Source: Chiloscyllium plagiosum (Eukaryota). From it: a DNA stretch of 64,000 nucleotides. The DNA is taken from the NCBI RefSeq assembly GCF_004010195.1, contig NC_057718.1:49174021-49238020 (forward strand), read 5' to 3'. Positions within the stretch are counted from its first letter, which is position 1; the number at the start of each line of letters is the position of its first letter. The position numbers and the translations under genes were made by a program. The notes beneath the pieces are model-generated. The model saw nothing but the letters and a program-made list of their open reading frames with translations. It was not told where the DNA came from and ran no database searches. Of the stretch, positions 13,592 through 27,167 are shown piece after piece.

Positions 13592-14097
13592 ATAATACAA
13601 TGCAAAGTAGCAAGAGTTCTGCCTTTCAGAGGAAAGAAGTCCCAGAGGGTGGGGCTCCAGCAATCCTGACAACTACAGAATTCCATTGTGGAAGCTGCTG
13701 GCACTTTGATCGGTGTCAGAATAAAGATCCAAATGTATCCAGTTCAATAAGCAATAGGGTGGGTTTAGTGACCTTGGATGATAATGGTGGTAATGGGTGT
13801 GGGCAAGAGTTCTGGGGAGGGCTGAATTTTAAATTCCATGTATGGAGGGTACTGTGGAACTACTTTACATTTACAGGTAGATAGAATTAAGATATGGATT
13901 GGTTCAAAATATGATAAAATAGACTCACAGGGATGAATGGCCTACTCTTGATCTGGCAATACTGAAGATTTGTTCCTTTTTTTATGAAAAGGAATTTCTT
14001 GTATGAAGAAACAACATTCGAGTAGTCATTTTTTGTTCCTCAATTTCGTTTTTTAAAGATTTAATTTATTTCATGCAAGAATCATAAAATACAGAAT

Positions 14098-14420
14098 GGC
14101 ATGGTGGCTCAGTGGTTAACACTGCTGCCTCATAGCACCAGGGACCCAGGTTCAATTCAATCTTTGGGTGACTGTCTGTGTGGAGTTTGCACATTCTTCC
14201 CATGTCTGTGTGGGTTTCCTCCCACAGTCCAAAGATGCGCAGGTTAAGTGGATTGCCCATCGTGTCCAGGGATGCGCAGTGAAGGTGGGTTAGCCAGGGG
14301 AAATGCAGGGTGATAGGGATAGGGTAGGGGGTGGATCTGGGTGGGATGCTCTTCAGAGGGGCGTTATCGACTCAGTGGGCCAAGTGACCTGCTTCCACAC
14401 TATAAGGATTCTGTGATCTA
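14098..14420 (+). mobile_element. tRNA-derived SINE (HE1-like)
   Basis: Pol III A box tggctcagtgg and B box ggttcaattc; same body and tail as the other copies. Confidence 0.9.
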
Positions 14421-14449
14421 TATTCTACAGTGTGTCTCGATACAAAAAG

Positions 14450-14880
14450 GACATCCTCTGAATCTAATATGTCCTTTTCCCATCGCTGCTGAAACCATGC
14501 TCATATGATATCCAACCCTTTGGCTGATCTGACCATGGCTTGGACTCCATTTTCCAGTCTGGTCCCCATAACTCTTGACTAATAAAAAGTCTGTTTGAGT
14601 GAACCTTGAATTTATTCAATGATCCTGCTGACATTGTTCTATCCAGAAGAGAATTTCACAGACATTTGACTTTCTGAGAGGGAAAAAAAGTCTCCTCATT
14701 TCAGGCCTGAAAGGAAGGTCCCTAATTTTTAAGCTGTGTCATCTAGTTCTAGATTTTCCCACTGAAACATCCTCTTTGTATCTGCTCTGTCAAATTCCCT
14801 CAGAATTTCATGTTTGAATAATATCACCTCTCAGTTTTCTAAACTGCAAGGGTTATAGGTCCAACATGTCCAACCTAATC
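14450..14880 (-). mobile_element. Old CR1 3' fragment
   Basis: Diverged reverse-complement similarity to the CR1 3' ends in this window. Confidence 0.55.
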
Positions 14881-15908
14881 CCTTCAACCCTGTCTTAAAA
14901 TTACTCAATATACCATTTCCCTATTATTCAATAACATTGTTTTAATTAATATTCCTCCTTTGACTAATACCATTTTAATATACTTATCTGTAGAAGTATA
15001 TTAAAAACGTCATGATGATTTCGAGAGCTTTGGTAACATAGAACACTTACTGTCTTATGTACCAATAGTAACTACAATTAAACAATTAATTTTGTCACAT
15101 AGTTTACAGCATTTTAATATGGCAAGTTCACATAAATGCAAATATCACTTATTTTTCCTTTTAATTTGGATTTTCTTTGAAGAAAAAGCTGCTACTGTTT
15201 CTGATAATTAGCTTTTCATTCAGCCGCACTCACTTGATAACAGAATCTGATTCTCTGTGAGTCAAACAGGATTTCAGTCATCGTATAAAAGCAAACTTTT
15301 CAGTTTGTTTATGTAAATGTCATATTTAGTGAAGCAGCAGGTATGAATTTCAGACTTCCAACCCTCTAGAACTAGTAATATAGCTTTCATTACCAACCAA
15401 TCTTTAGCCCTTTGGGGTCACTTCCAAATATGCAGCTCAAGGATACAACCACCTGCTTATCTTTTGTCTCCAGCGTAGCTTTTCACAAATTTGTCAAGTT
15501 CAGATAGTGCAGCAACATACTGGTTTATCAGCTATAATTCTAGCTTTACATGTGAATTCCAAAACTAGTTTCTCTCGCTTTGAAGTCTCTATCCACATTA
15601 ACTACAGACAAAAGGTGGTAAAAACCACATTGCGTATATGTTATTTAAATTCATTCTCAGTAATTAATAAAAAAGCCTAAAAAAATTCTACTTATATGCC
15701 AAAAGATTGCTGCTGGCATGTTCCCATTGAGGGAACAACCTAACCAAACTTGACAGAATTGTACAACCATTTCCTGAAGATTTTCGACAATACTTCTTTC
15801 ATGACCGATATACTTGGTATATGTGTGTGAACAGACATTAATCAGTTAAAAATCACACATCTCAGTTTATCAGGCAGTCAAGTCTGAACCAAACTATTTG
15901 CAAAATGA

Positions 15909-16122
15909 GCTAGGACCGCAGATGCTGGAGATTAGAGTTGAGAGTGTGGTGCTGGAAAAGAACAGCAGATCAGGCAACATCCGAGGAGCAGGAAAATTGA
16001 CATTTCGGACAAAACCCATTCATCAGCAATTCTTGATGAAGGGTTTTGCCTGAAACATCGATTTTCTAGCTCCTCGGATTCTGCCGGACCTGCTGTGCCT
16101 TTCTAGCACCACACTCTCGACT
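15909..16122. mobile_element. Palindromic PLE-derived mini-insertion with two HHR-like motifs back to back
   Basis: Centre reads ...cccattcatcag-caattc-ttgatgaaggg... Perfect 15 bp TSD ctatttgcaaaatga at 15894-15908 and 16123-16137. Confidence 0.9.
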
Positions 16123-17314
16123 CTATTTGCAAAATGATACTGGAACATGGAGACATTAAATAATGTACTCCTGCCAGGCCTCTCAGTAACATACTTTCTT
16201 TCAGTTTCAGAATTTCTCAAACAGTCATCTGAAAATCCCCTCTGACTCAGTTTGGTGGGGTCAAAATATTTCATCTATTTTGTGTAGAATGTGATAACGT
16301 AACACTGTCAGGTGAACAACAACAAATGGGACGTACAACTTACAGCTTAAACTTCTTTAAAAGGAATGAGAGCAAGTTTGGATAAAAGAACAAGAAGGTG
16401 CTGAAGTTATGAATGTTTGAGGAAAAATGTTCCGTAGCCCTTTATTGGAGCATTATTGAACATAATTTAACATCAAATCAAACACAGAAATATTAGAACA
16501 AGTGACCATAAGCTCGTCAAAGAGGAATAGTCAGGTCTCGAGGTAACAGTATCTCAGCAGCTGATAAACTCAATCAGGGCAGAGTCAGGAAATGTTATGA
16601 TGGTGGAATTATGTGACCCTAATGGTAATGTAGAGCAATGGTCGGTAACCATCCCAGAGTCAAATACAACACCAAATTAGTTTAATGTCAGTTACTTTCC
16701 AGACAGAATCAGTGAGTAGGAAATAGAGTTTGTGTCAGGGATGGAACATAATGACACTTGATCTCAGTCACCTGTCACACTCATGCTCTCTGCTGTCTCA
16801 GAATATCTCGATTTGTAAACTGTTACACCTATCTTCAAAATCTTTAGTGACTTGTTTTTATCTTTGTAGCTTCCTCCATTCTACATCCCACTGAGACCCC
16901 AGTCCACCTTCAGTTCAAACCCCCTGCATCAAGTCAATTTTCATCACTACATAATTTGCAGCCTAGGTAAAAGCTCTGGAATTCCTTCAGTAGACTTGTT
17001 TACCTCATACATCCCTCCCTATCTTTGACATGCTCTTAAAGCCTGCCTCTTTGGCCAGTCATTTTGTCATTTGCCATATATTCCCTATTAGTGATTTTCT
17101 CTGCCTGAAAGCTAAATAATCAGATGTTGAGAATATTCAAGTTAGAGAAACAGGAATTTGCATCCTGTTGGAATCCAGGGATATGTGATGGTGCAGGGAA
17201 ATCTCACTGAATGGCCCACTCTCATTCCTATTTCTTATGCCCTCATGGTCTAAGATACTCCACAGGAATATCTGCCATATGATTGTTGCTCGGTGTCTTG
17301 TGGAGTATTTTAGA

Positions 17315-18740
17315 CCATAAGAATATAAGAAGAAGGAGCAAGAGTGGGCCATTCAGTAAGATAGTTTTACACTATCTCATATCCCTGGATTCTATATGTC
17401 TACAAATGTCTGTCTCTCCACTTTGAGTATGCTGATCATTGAGTTTTCAGGCATAGAGAATTCCAGAGATTCCAATTTTTTGAGTGAAGAACTTTCTCCT
17501 CCTTTCAGTTGTAAATAGTCAGCTCCTTCTGAGATGTGTGTGTACCGATTCTCAGAAAGGAGGGACTCGATGTAGTTTGGGCACATTAAATAATGTGAAA
17601 ACCAATGTGCTGAACTCTCTCCTTGTTTAGAGTCTCCCTTCAGCAGAAACATCTTGTACTCTGCCAAGTCTGTTAAAAATTTTATATGTTTCAATGAGAT
17701 CACCACTCACTCTTCTAAATTCTAGGAAATGAAGGTCAAATCCACCTCTTAAAAGACAATTAATTGGACCCTTGTTGCACTCCCTCTAATGCAAATATAT
17801 TCTTCATTAGGTAAAGAAAGCAAAACTGCACATAACTAGGCGCGTCCTCACCAAAGCAGTACATAATTAGAATTATAGAGTCATGAAGTCATACAGAACC
17901 GAAACAGACCTTTTGGTCCAACCAGTCCATGCTGACCGTAATCCCAAACTAAACTCATCCCACCTGCCTGATCTTGACCTATAACCATCCAAACCTTTCT
18001 TATTCATGTACTTACTTAAATGTATTTTAAACATTGTATCTGTACCCGCATTCACCATTCCACACATGAATCACTCTCTGTGTAAAAACATTGTCCTTCA
18101 TGTCTTTTTAAAACCTGTCTTCTCTCAGCTTAAAATATGTCCCCTAGACTTGAAATCCCCAATCCTAGGGAAAAGACACTTGCAATTCACTTTATCTATA
18201 CTTCTGATTATTTTATAAACTTCTGCAAAGTCATCTCACAACCTCCTATCTTCCAGTGAAAGAAGTCCCAGCCTATCCAACCTCTTCTGCTAACTTAAAC
18301 CCTCCATTCCTAGCAACATCCAGGTAAATCTCTTCTGAACTCTCTCCAGCTTAATAATATCCTTCCTATAATAGAACTGGACACAGTACTCTGGAAGAGG
18401 CCTCACCAACATCCTGTACAACATCAATGTAATGTCCATTCTTGACTATTACGTCTAATAATTTTGAGGCAAAAATTAACATATCATTTGCTTTCCTTTT
18501 TGCTTGTTGTATCTGCATGTTAATGCTGTGATTTACATGTGATGACACCTAAATCCTTTTGAGAACTATCATATCCCATATCTTTCCATTGTAAAAACAC
18601 TCTACCGACTAAAATTTCTCATTTTTCTTACTAAAATGGGTAACTTCATATTTTTCTATGTGAAATGTTCATATGCTATCTTCTTACCCACACATTCCAC
18701 TTGTCATTTTCACCCTTTCTGCAAATTCTTCAGTGCTCTC
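17315..18740 (-). mobile_element. Old CR1 fragment with a younger CR1 3' end (~17875-18440) nested inside
   Basis: The younger copy starts with a (atagagtc) tail on plus. The flanking older copy gives MQIQQAKRKANDMLIFA (CR1 ORF2). Confidence 0.75.
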
Positions 18741-18767
18741 TTCACAACCTTAATTTACATTATTAAC

Positions 18768-18915
18768 AGGATGTGGCACTGGAAAAGAACAGCAAGTTAG
18801 GCAATATCCAAAGAGCAGGAGAATTGTCATTTCAGGCATAAGCCCTTCATCAGGGCTTTCCAGCACCACACTAATCTTGACTCTAATCTCCAGAATCTGC
18901 AGTACCTACTTCCGC
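18768..18915. mobile_element. PLE-derived inverted mini-insertion; HHR on minus (18826-18853) with mutated cleavage site
   Basis: Minus strand reads CTGATGA-A-GGGC-ttat-GCCT-GAAA-TG-AC. It is followed by an opposite-orientation 3' end. Confidence 0.75.
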
Positions 18916-19232
18916 CAAAAGGATACAGTTGTCAGAAATTATTGCTATGAGGAAATAGGTATTAATGATGAATTTGAAGTGGTTGGGGACAGTATCTGAG
19001 ATATGGAAACATTAGGAACACCATCTAATACAGGATATCGTTGAACAGGAGCTGGCTGTAGATGCTGAAATGACAATACCATACATGGCAGCTAGATGCA
19101 CAGCTCACCGAGGCTTCTCTGACAGCATCTTTCAAACTTGCAACCTCTACCAGCTAGAAGGCAAGGTCAGCAGTGGTGCGCAGACCCCAAAATGCGCAAG
19201 TTTCCCCCCAACTGGCAGTAAATACTGACCTA

Positions 19233-19361
19233 GGCGAAGGTGAATACTGCAGATGCTGGTGATCAGAGTCAAGATTAGAGTGGTGCTGGAAAAGCACAGC
19301 CCATCAGGCAGCATCTGAAGATCAAGAAAATCGATGTTTCAGGCAAAAGTCCTTCATCAGG
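19233..19361 (-). mobile_element. Single-arm PLE terminal-repeat insertion ending at the HHR
   Basis: Ends ccttcatcagg. 16 bp TSD with 2 mismatches (19217-19232 / 19362-19377). Confidence 0.8.
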
Positions 19362-20094
19362 AGTAAATGTTGACCTAACCAACAATGAATAAACAAAATG
19401 AAACTAATATGACATACTGGCAAAAGTTGTCCTAAGGGTTAAAAAAATGTTGAAACGTAGAATGTTCAGTACATCAATCAGTCCACTAATTACCCAAAAA
19501 TAAATCTGAACAGTTACTCTTCCACATGAAACCTCCCATCATTGCATTTGCTGCTTAATGTAAAGATTGATGAATTATTTCAAATATTTAAAAACATACA
19601 TAGCAGTTCGTGCAATTACATCATTGTGTCTTGTGGTAGTTTCTCAGGTTTCTTTGCATGAATTTTATTACGTGACTCAGCAGCTGCTTGAAAATCCCCA
19701 AGGAGCCCAGACACATTCTGTATTATCAGTAAGCATACCAATTTGAATGCTATAAATTCATTGACAGAATAAATCTAAAAATATTGTAAGTTGTATTTTT
19801 CAATTGCTTGCACGATATTGAGGGACCTATAAAGGAAGAGAGGAAATCAGTTAAGGTTATGAAACTCTGGGCTCATTTTTGCACATTGCTGATAGGTTAG
19901 TTTGGAAAATATATGTCCTAATTAGTTATGAAAATCATTTGCAAAATGATCAGCTTCTGTCGAAAATACAACATAATTAAAATCAAATATTCTAAGGAAC
20001 AGACTGAGAGTCATTCTTTTCATTACAGTGAAAGAAAGTGCCCATCAAAGTTGCGCACTGAAAAATTACATATGGATGATGGCTTCAGATTGAT

Positions 20095-20170
20095 TTCACA
20101 GTTTGGCGCAACATCAAGGGCTGAAGGGCCTGTAGTGCGCTGTAATGTTCTATTTTCTATATGTTCTATT
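20095..20170 (+). mobile_element. Extreme 3' end of a CR1 subfamily with (gttctat)n tail
   Basis: ggcgcaacatcaagggctgaagggcctgt...gttctat matches 57830-57892. Confidence 0.75.
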
Positions 20171-20689
20171 GTCGATATGTGCTTTGACATGGGTGATGTT
20201 GCTCACGGCAGGTACAAACTCAGAAAATATAAATTATACAGTGCGAAATTTTGAATTTATTTACTTCCGTGGAATATTTTAAGATAATACAGTCCCAAAG
20301 TCTAGAAAAGAAGTCTAACATGTGGATAATGCTGGAAACCAAGACAAAGTTAAGGGTGTCTCTGATAAGATGAGAGACAATAGGAGCAAACTATTTGAGC
20401 CTTTAAATCTATTCTCCCACTCAATCTGATCACCATCAACCTGTACTACAACTTCATTTATCCATCATTGATTTATATCTCTTGATTTTATTATTGAGCA
20501 AGAAACAGTCAAGCTCAGTTTGGAAAATTTGAATTGACGTTACATCCATAATCTTTTGGAAAGCCAAGTTTATCTATTTTCTAACTGTCCTTGTAATTTG
20601 ATTGGTAAACCCTACACTAATTCCAGTGGGTGGAATTTCCCCATTTGCACCATGCTACTTTGTTGGGCCCAGTGTGAAGAGTACAGCAT

Positions 20690-20950
20690 GCCACAAAGAT
20701 GCAAGGCTCAGGCAGGAGGCTGGAAGTACACAACAAAGCAGGCAGCATCAGGAGTTGGAGAAGTCAACCTTTTGGGTAATCCTTCTTTAGGACTGGGGGT
20801 GGGTGTAGGGGGAGCTGCAGATAAAAGGGTTGGCAGGAGTAGGGTGGTGAAGTGGGTTAGGTAAAAACAGGTAGAGGGTATGACCTGGTTGGTCAATGGG
20901 AGGAATCAATCCGGTTGGTGGCAGGGAGGAGTGGAAGGGGTGGAGCATGA
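20690..20950 (-). mobile_element. Third PLE family 3' region with degenerate HHR (~20765-20792)
   Basis: gcaggcagcatcagg...aaccttttgggtaatccttctttagg followed by a G-rich 3' UTR, the same layout as 63076-63400. Confidence 0.55.
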
Positions 20951-22004
20951 CTCTCTCTCTCTTGGCAAAACACAAACTGAAGATAAGGAACATTCAATCC
21001 AATATTTCACAGAGAGTCAGAGCAGAGATTTTTACATCTGAAGCACCACTTCTTCTCACTTGTATTCTCGGTCCCTTGAGATAAAAGCCAATATTCTATG
21101 AATCCCTTTCATTACTTTTTGTACCTATGCATTAATCTTAGTAATTTTGCATAGGGGCATCTATCTCCCTTTGCTGCTCCACATTTCCTCGTCTCTTGCC
21201 AAATTGATATCTGTCTGTACTATTCTGTAATTTTCAGCTGTCAACCATGCAACTCAGTGCACCTCTTGAATGTCTGGACCCTCCTCTGTACCTCAGCTTA
21301 AGATGAAGTACAGAAGAAGCCTGGCTCATCGGGTAGTTTTAGAGGAAACTAGCCTTTACCTACTGGTGAAGGTAGTGTGTACCATCTACAAGATCCTGTC
21401 CTTCTAAGCACACTAAGCTTATCTCCAGCTGAGCTAAGAACAGTACTAAACAATGTTTAGGAACTCATCAATGAGTTCTATCACCATTGGTGCCAGATTT
21501 GAACACCATCCTCCATGCCATGGATTACACTGGAATTAACTTTATAAGGTAATACTACATTGAATTTCTACATTGTTGGGTTGTTTTAGTTGATTTTTGT
21601 GGATATTTGCAGTTTTTCCTTTCCTACCCAGTGTGGTCAGATGTGCCAATTCACATTATTTCCCACAGCTGTTGAGCATATTGACTTTTTCACAGACATT
21701 GACCCCAGGTGATGGAGCTGTGCACTTTTATCATGTAACAGGGTTTCTCAATCCAAGGGGTTTGAGATTTCAGCCATATGATCTCCTTCACTATCTTATT
21801 AATAAGTAAAGTACCATTCATGTACTGTTCACCTGGTTTTGAGCCAACAGCTCAAATTACAGATGTGGAGCTTCACTTTCCTGGCACCTTCCAGCTCACT
21901 ACTGTCCAGATTAAACAGACAGGTATCTGGCTAGCTGTAATGTTCAATAAAAACAAACTTTTCCACCGGTTAGTGAATAGCTTTAATCAGCCTCTGCCCG
22001 ACTT

Positions 22005-22415
22005 ACAGTCATAGAGACATAGAGATGTGCAGTACGGAAACAGGCCCTTCGATCCAACTCATCCTTGCCGACCAAATATCCTAAATTAATCTAATTCCAT
22101 TTGCCAACACTTGGCCCATATCCGTCTAAACCCTTCATGTTCATGTACCCATCCAGATATCTTTTAAATGTTGTAATTGTACCAGCCTCCACCACTTCCC
22201 CTGGCAGCTTATTTCATACACACATCACTTTCTGCAGGAAACAGTTGCCCCTTAGATCCCTTTTAAATCTTTCCCCTCTCACCCTAAACTTCTGCCGTCT
22301 AGTTCTTGACTCCCCAAACCCAGGGAAAAGACTTTGTCTATTTATCCTATCCATGTCCCTCATGATTTTATAAACCCCTATAAGGTCACCGCCTCAGCCT
22401 CCAAAGCGCCAGGGA
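22005..22415 (-). mobile_element. CR1 3' end
   Basis: High similarity to the other young CR1 3' ends; (catagag) tail. Confidence 0.9.
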
Positions 22416-22465
22416 AAACTTGCTCATCCAGCAAAGACTTATCCTTTCACCTCCTTCTTCCTCAC

Positions 22466-23140
22466 TGTCCAGGGCCCAACAATTTTCCAGGTGAGGCAGT
22501 GACATTTCACTTATACTTCTTTCGATGTAGTCTACTGCATTCCTTGCTCACAATGCAGCTTCCTTTACATTGGCGAGGCCAAATGCATATTGGGTGATGG
22601 CTTCTTGGCTCTATCTGTGGGACTGACCCTGAACTCCCTGTGACTTGCTATTTCAATACACCATGCTGCTGTATGTCCTGGTTCTGCTGGTATGTTCAAA
22701 AGAAGCACAATGCAAGCTCAAGAAACAACACCTCATTTTTCACTTTGGCACTTTATAGCCTCGAGGTTTCAATACTGCATTCAAAAACTTCAGAAATTGA
22801 CAACATTATATCAGTTCTCATTTTACTTACATTCTCTCCACCCACCTCCAACCCCACAGTCTTGTCCTGTTTATGTCTTTTTAATTTTATTCTCAGTGGT
22901 GAGGACCTTTTCACACCTTACTTTACACCCATTTTACATTTTGTTCTCTCTTTCTCCACTATTAACAACTACTTTGTCTTTTGCACTGTCAAAAGTGTTA
23001 AAAACATTTTCCGACACCTCTCAGTTCTCACACAGGACTGAAAATGTTAACTCTGATTCTCTAACCACAGGCGCTGCCAGACCTGCTGAGTTTGTTCAGC
23101 ATTTTCTGTGTTTGTTTCAGATTTTCAGCATCTTCAGTGA
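22466..23140 (+). pseudogene. Penelope-like element remnant: GIY-YIG endonuclease plus 3' terminal repeat
   Basis: Translates to DVVYCIPCSQCSFLYIGEA (GIY-YIG with CxxC). The 3' end matches the 8455 and 46160 repeats. Confidence 0.8.
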
Positions 23141-25345
23141 AAATACAGTTAGTCCATGGCAATGACATAAATTCATCTTAAAAATGATTGTCTTTCAATA
23201 TGAATTTCTATTAAACAACCAATAACTACAGTAATTGTATAGTAATAAACAACTTATAATTATAACAGCAACGTAACACAGCAGCACACAAGGAGACAAG
23301 TTGCAAGATCAGTGGTGAGCTTCATGTTTACACATCTTACTGAAATCATTTCATGCATTGCTTTGACCTTTGCCCTAAGTGTGATTCATAACATTTTTTT
23401 CATGACATGTGAAGACAAGCATCTTCAGAATGCATTGATACTGTAAACAATGTGAGGTAATTGATTTACTGATAAACACATCAAAACAAATAGTACAGAA
23501 TGCTTCATGAAAATAATAACATTTGTAATCTGTAAATAGTCTTTTTAAGAAGTTATAAGCCTAGCTATCTCAGTGGCCTATTGGCTGTTGTAGTGTTTAA
23601 AAAAACACACAGCAGTTTTACCTAAACAAAAAAAGATTCTTGCACTGATGTCCTACAAATGACATTACACTAGCTATCTTTATATCATATACCAGTCATG
23701 ACTGGCCTTAGTCAAGTTTACATGAACCAGAGCAATGTAGTCTTTTATTATCTTTAACCTCATGAAACTCCTCAATATTTTCAAAGACCTCTCTGACATG
23801 GAGAAATTACACGAGAAGACAGGGCGAGAGCAATGGAGTAGAGTGGCCCTTCACACTAACATTGCACTCTTATTCCTGCCATCAGAACAGTCCTGCAGAT
23901 TCCTTGATCTGTAAACAAAAGGTCACTGTGTGAGTGCTAGCAAGTTGAAAGATTATAAAATCCTCACGGACAGTCAGACTGGACAGCCTCCTGGATGGCA
24001 AGGAGATCGAAGCCTCTGCAGTTCCACTGTTTTTATGACACATTGGCCTCATAAGTATGGTGGAGCCAATGACATCCGGCCCATCCTGACTGATGCTAGG
24101 CCAGGGCCCTCAACTCTGCTGTCTAATTGGCTGGATACCACATGATTGTGCGTGGCCAGCATTCAGCTTGCCAGTGAGGAGATGATTTCACCATGGTGAT
24201 GCAGACAGCAATGTGTGGGCCACCTGGCTCTTTGCTATACTCATGGTTTAGGTGGGTTTACCAAATTTGCTTGCTCTCCACCTCAATTTCTGTGGTTGCC
24301 AGGCAAAAAAAGGGTCTATCACCAATCTCAAGCATGTAGATATTTATGAAGCAAATTTGCTCATTATTGTAAGTATTAGTTAGAAAAGTGTACATGTGAT
24401 TGGATGGCTAAGTGTGTTGTACAATGCAGCACTGAGCTACCAATATCAGAATGTTCAAAGCTGCGGACAGTGCTAATTTTCTAGATGATGGATAAGGCGC
24501 TAGAGTTAACCCCAGTTTCTCCCAAGCAAGTGACCTGAGAATCAGGGAGAGCAGCTGCTCCTGATATGCAATTCTAGTTCCCAGGATTTGATTTTACTTG
24601 CCTTTATTTGATGTTAACAGTCTCAAAATATAATTGATATTCTTCCTACCTCATTAAAACCAGTAACATGGTCAGCTCCAAGAAAAAGGTCCACATAGCA
24701 CCCATTTGTTTCAGGCCTTTTTTAATATGAAAGTCATACTCTTAAGCTGCAAATATACTACTGGTTGTCATTTTAGATTTTTGGTAGTTGCATTGCATAG
24801 GCTGCTACTGGCTAACAGCCAAGGAGGCCACCAAAGGTGAATTATGTGCATTAATCCTGAAGAATTAGGGTCGTTCTTCCATGGATAATCTGATTGTCGC
24901 CAGTGCTCTCACAATTTGCATGAATCATCTCTTTACATTGCAATCGTTCAGAGCTATTTTCCTTTTACCCACGCTGGTCATATCAAACATTCCTATCCCC
25001 TTCTGAAATGTAAAGATATCTTCTGAAAGGCTCCTGTAACCTTTGAAGTTTTAAAGTTCTAGCTGATGCAATCTTATCATTAATTTGTGATTTATCTTGT
25101 CTTCTGTTTTCTTCTATGTGAGATTTCTCTCAATATGAGCTTTTACCGTGGGTCTTAGGTTTCCCAATCAACATTAGAGTTGTAAAAACAAACTTGGTCT
25201 CATTGAAAATATCCCTGCGTGAGCCACCAGCTTCACAGGAGGAAGAGAGTCATTGAGTATAAAAATAGCCCTGCAGTAGAATAGATTGGTAATTTATTGT
25301 CACTTATAATTTTACAAAAAGTACAGTGGAAAGTGCATAAGTTGC

Positions 25346-26560
25346 CATGGAGGACATGGCCTAGTTGTATTATCACTGGACTCTTAATCCAGAGACCCAG
25401 GTAACCCAGGTTTGAATCCCATCATGACAAATTGTGGAATTTGAATTCAACTAAAAACCTGGAATGAAGAGTCTAATGATAATCATGAATTGATTATTGG
25501 GGAAAAACCCATCTGGTTCATTAATACCTTTAAGGAAGGAAACTGCCATGCTTACCTGGTCTAGCCTAGATGTGTGTCCATACCCACAGCAATGTGGTTG
25601 ACTCTTAAATGCCCTCTGGATAATTAGGGATGGGCAATAAATGCTGGCCTGGCCAACAATTCATAATTTGTGTTAAACGACTTGTCTTTTGTCTGTCTTA
25701 ATCATGATTCAATGTGTGTTTATCTTTAAGGTTTTGAAAAGATATTGTTTAAGTTGCATACATTAGAAATCCTTTCTTTTCACTGCTCTTATTGAAGTTA
25801 ACTGGGCTACAATAATTCTTTTTCTCTTTAAGGTTCATAGCTCCTTGAAAGTGGAGTCGCAGTTAAATAGGATAGTGAAGAAGGTGTTTGGTATGCTTTC
25901 CTTTATTGGTCAGAGTACTGAGTACAGGAGTTGGGAGGTCACTTTGCGGCTGTACAGGACATTGGTTAGGCCACTGTTGGAATATTGCATGCAATTCTGG
26001 TCTGCTTCCTTCGGAAAGATGTTGTGAAACTTGAAAGGATTCAGAAAAGATTTACAAGGATGTTGCCAGGGTTGGAGGATTTGAGCTATAAGGAGAGGTT
26101 GAATAGACTGGGGCTGTTTTCCCTGGAGCGTTAAAAGCTGAGGGCTGATCTTATAGAAGTTTACAAAATCATGAGAGGCATGAATAGGATAAATAGACAA
26201 AGTTTTTTTCCCTGCGGTAGGGGAGTCTAGAACTAGAGGGCATAGGTTTAGGGTGAGAGGGAAAGATATAAAAGAGACCTAAGGGACAACTTTTTCACGC
26301 AGAGGATGGTATGTGTATGGAATGAGCTGCCAGATGAAGTGGTGGAGGCTAGTACAATTGCAACATTTAAAAGGCATTTGGATGGGTATATGAATAAGAA
26401 GGGTTTGGAGAGATATGGGCCGGGTGCTGGCAGGTGGGACTAGATTGGTTGTGATATCTGGTCAGCATGGTCAGCTTGGACTGAAGGCTCTGTTTCCATG
26501 CTGTACATCTTTATGAGTCTATGACTCTAATGCCCTCATCCTGTGAATGAATAAGAAAAA
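25346..26560 (+). mobile_element. Second tRNA-derived SINE family (25346-25660, tail resumes ~26529-26560), interrupted by a CR1-containing insertion
   Basis: A-box-like tggcctagttg and B-box-like ggtttgaatccc. Tail agggatgggcaataaatgctggcc...atgccctcatcctgtgaatgaa is shared with the LINE 3' end at ~55297. Confidence 0.7.
25831..26528 (+). mobile_element. Young CR1 3' fragment
   Basis: LRLYRTLVRPLLEYCMQFWS; (gactctat)n-type tail. Confidence 0.92.
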
Positions 26561-27167
26561 AATCTCTGACACTTACATTAATAATAGAAATTACATTTAA
26601 AAAAAAATAAGACAGAGACGTTGTTCAATTCATGGTTACTGGGTTCCCAAGGTCAAGGAGAAGACAGGAATCACATTCTCCACTTCAGCAGAAAGCCAAC
26701 ATCGAAGCCGCCAAATCTTGTGCCGTTGGGATTCCGGGCTGGACCACTGTGCTGCCAAAGAGTCTGCAGAAGCTGCGTGAAGGCCCAGCTCATTACCAAA
26801 GCAGCTGCTGAAACTGGCCAGCACACCGGCTCATTGTAATCCTGCTCTGGAAGACACCGCAGAAACCTCCTCAAATAATCCTGGATCATTGGAACCCTGG
26901 GCTGTACCCACCATGCTGTTGAAGTCGCCAAAGCAGACTACCACTCTGCAGAAGCCACTAGGACACTGTCGCTATGGTCACAAGAGATAGACCACATGAC
27001 CTTCGTCACTGCTGCAGCCTCCCTCTGCATCCACTGAAGTCATTCAAAGAAGGTAAGACAAATTTTGAAGTTAAACATAAATAAATGGAAAAAGTACAAA
27101 AAAGGATGGAGCAGGCCTGTCTAGTAAAAGCCTATTTAAATTTTTAAAAATCTCATTAGTTAGAGAA

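Noticed and set aside
14098..14170. tRNA genes at SINE heads (also 56622, 58130-58200, 25350)
   Set aside because: A/B boxes are present but run into SINE body and LINE tail, with no complete cloverleaf or poly-T terminator.
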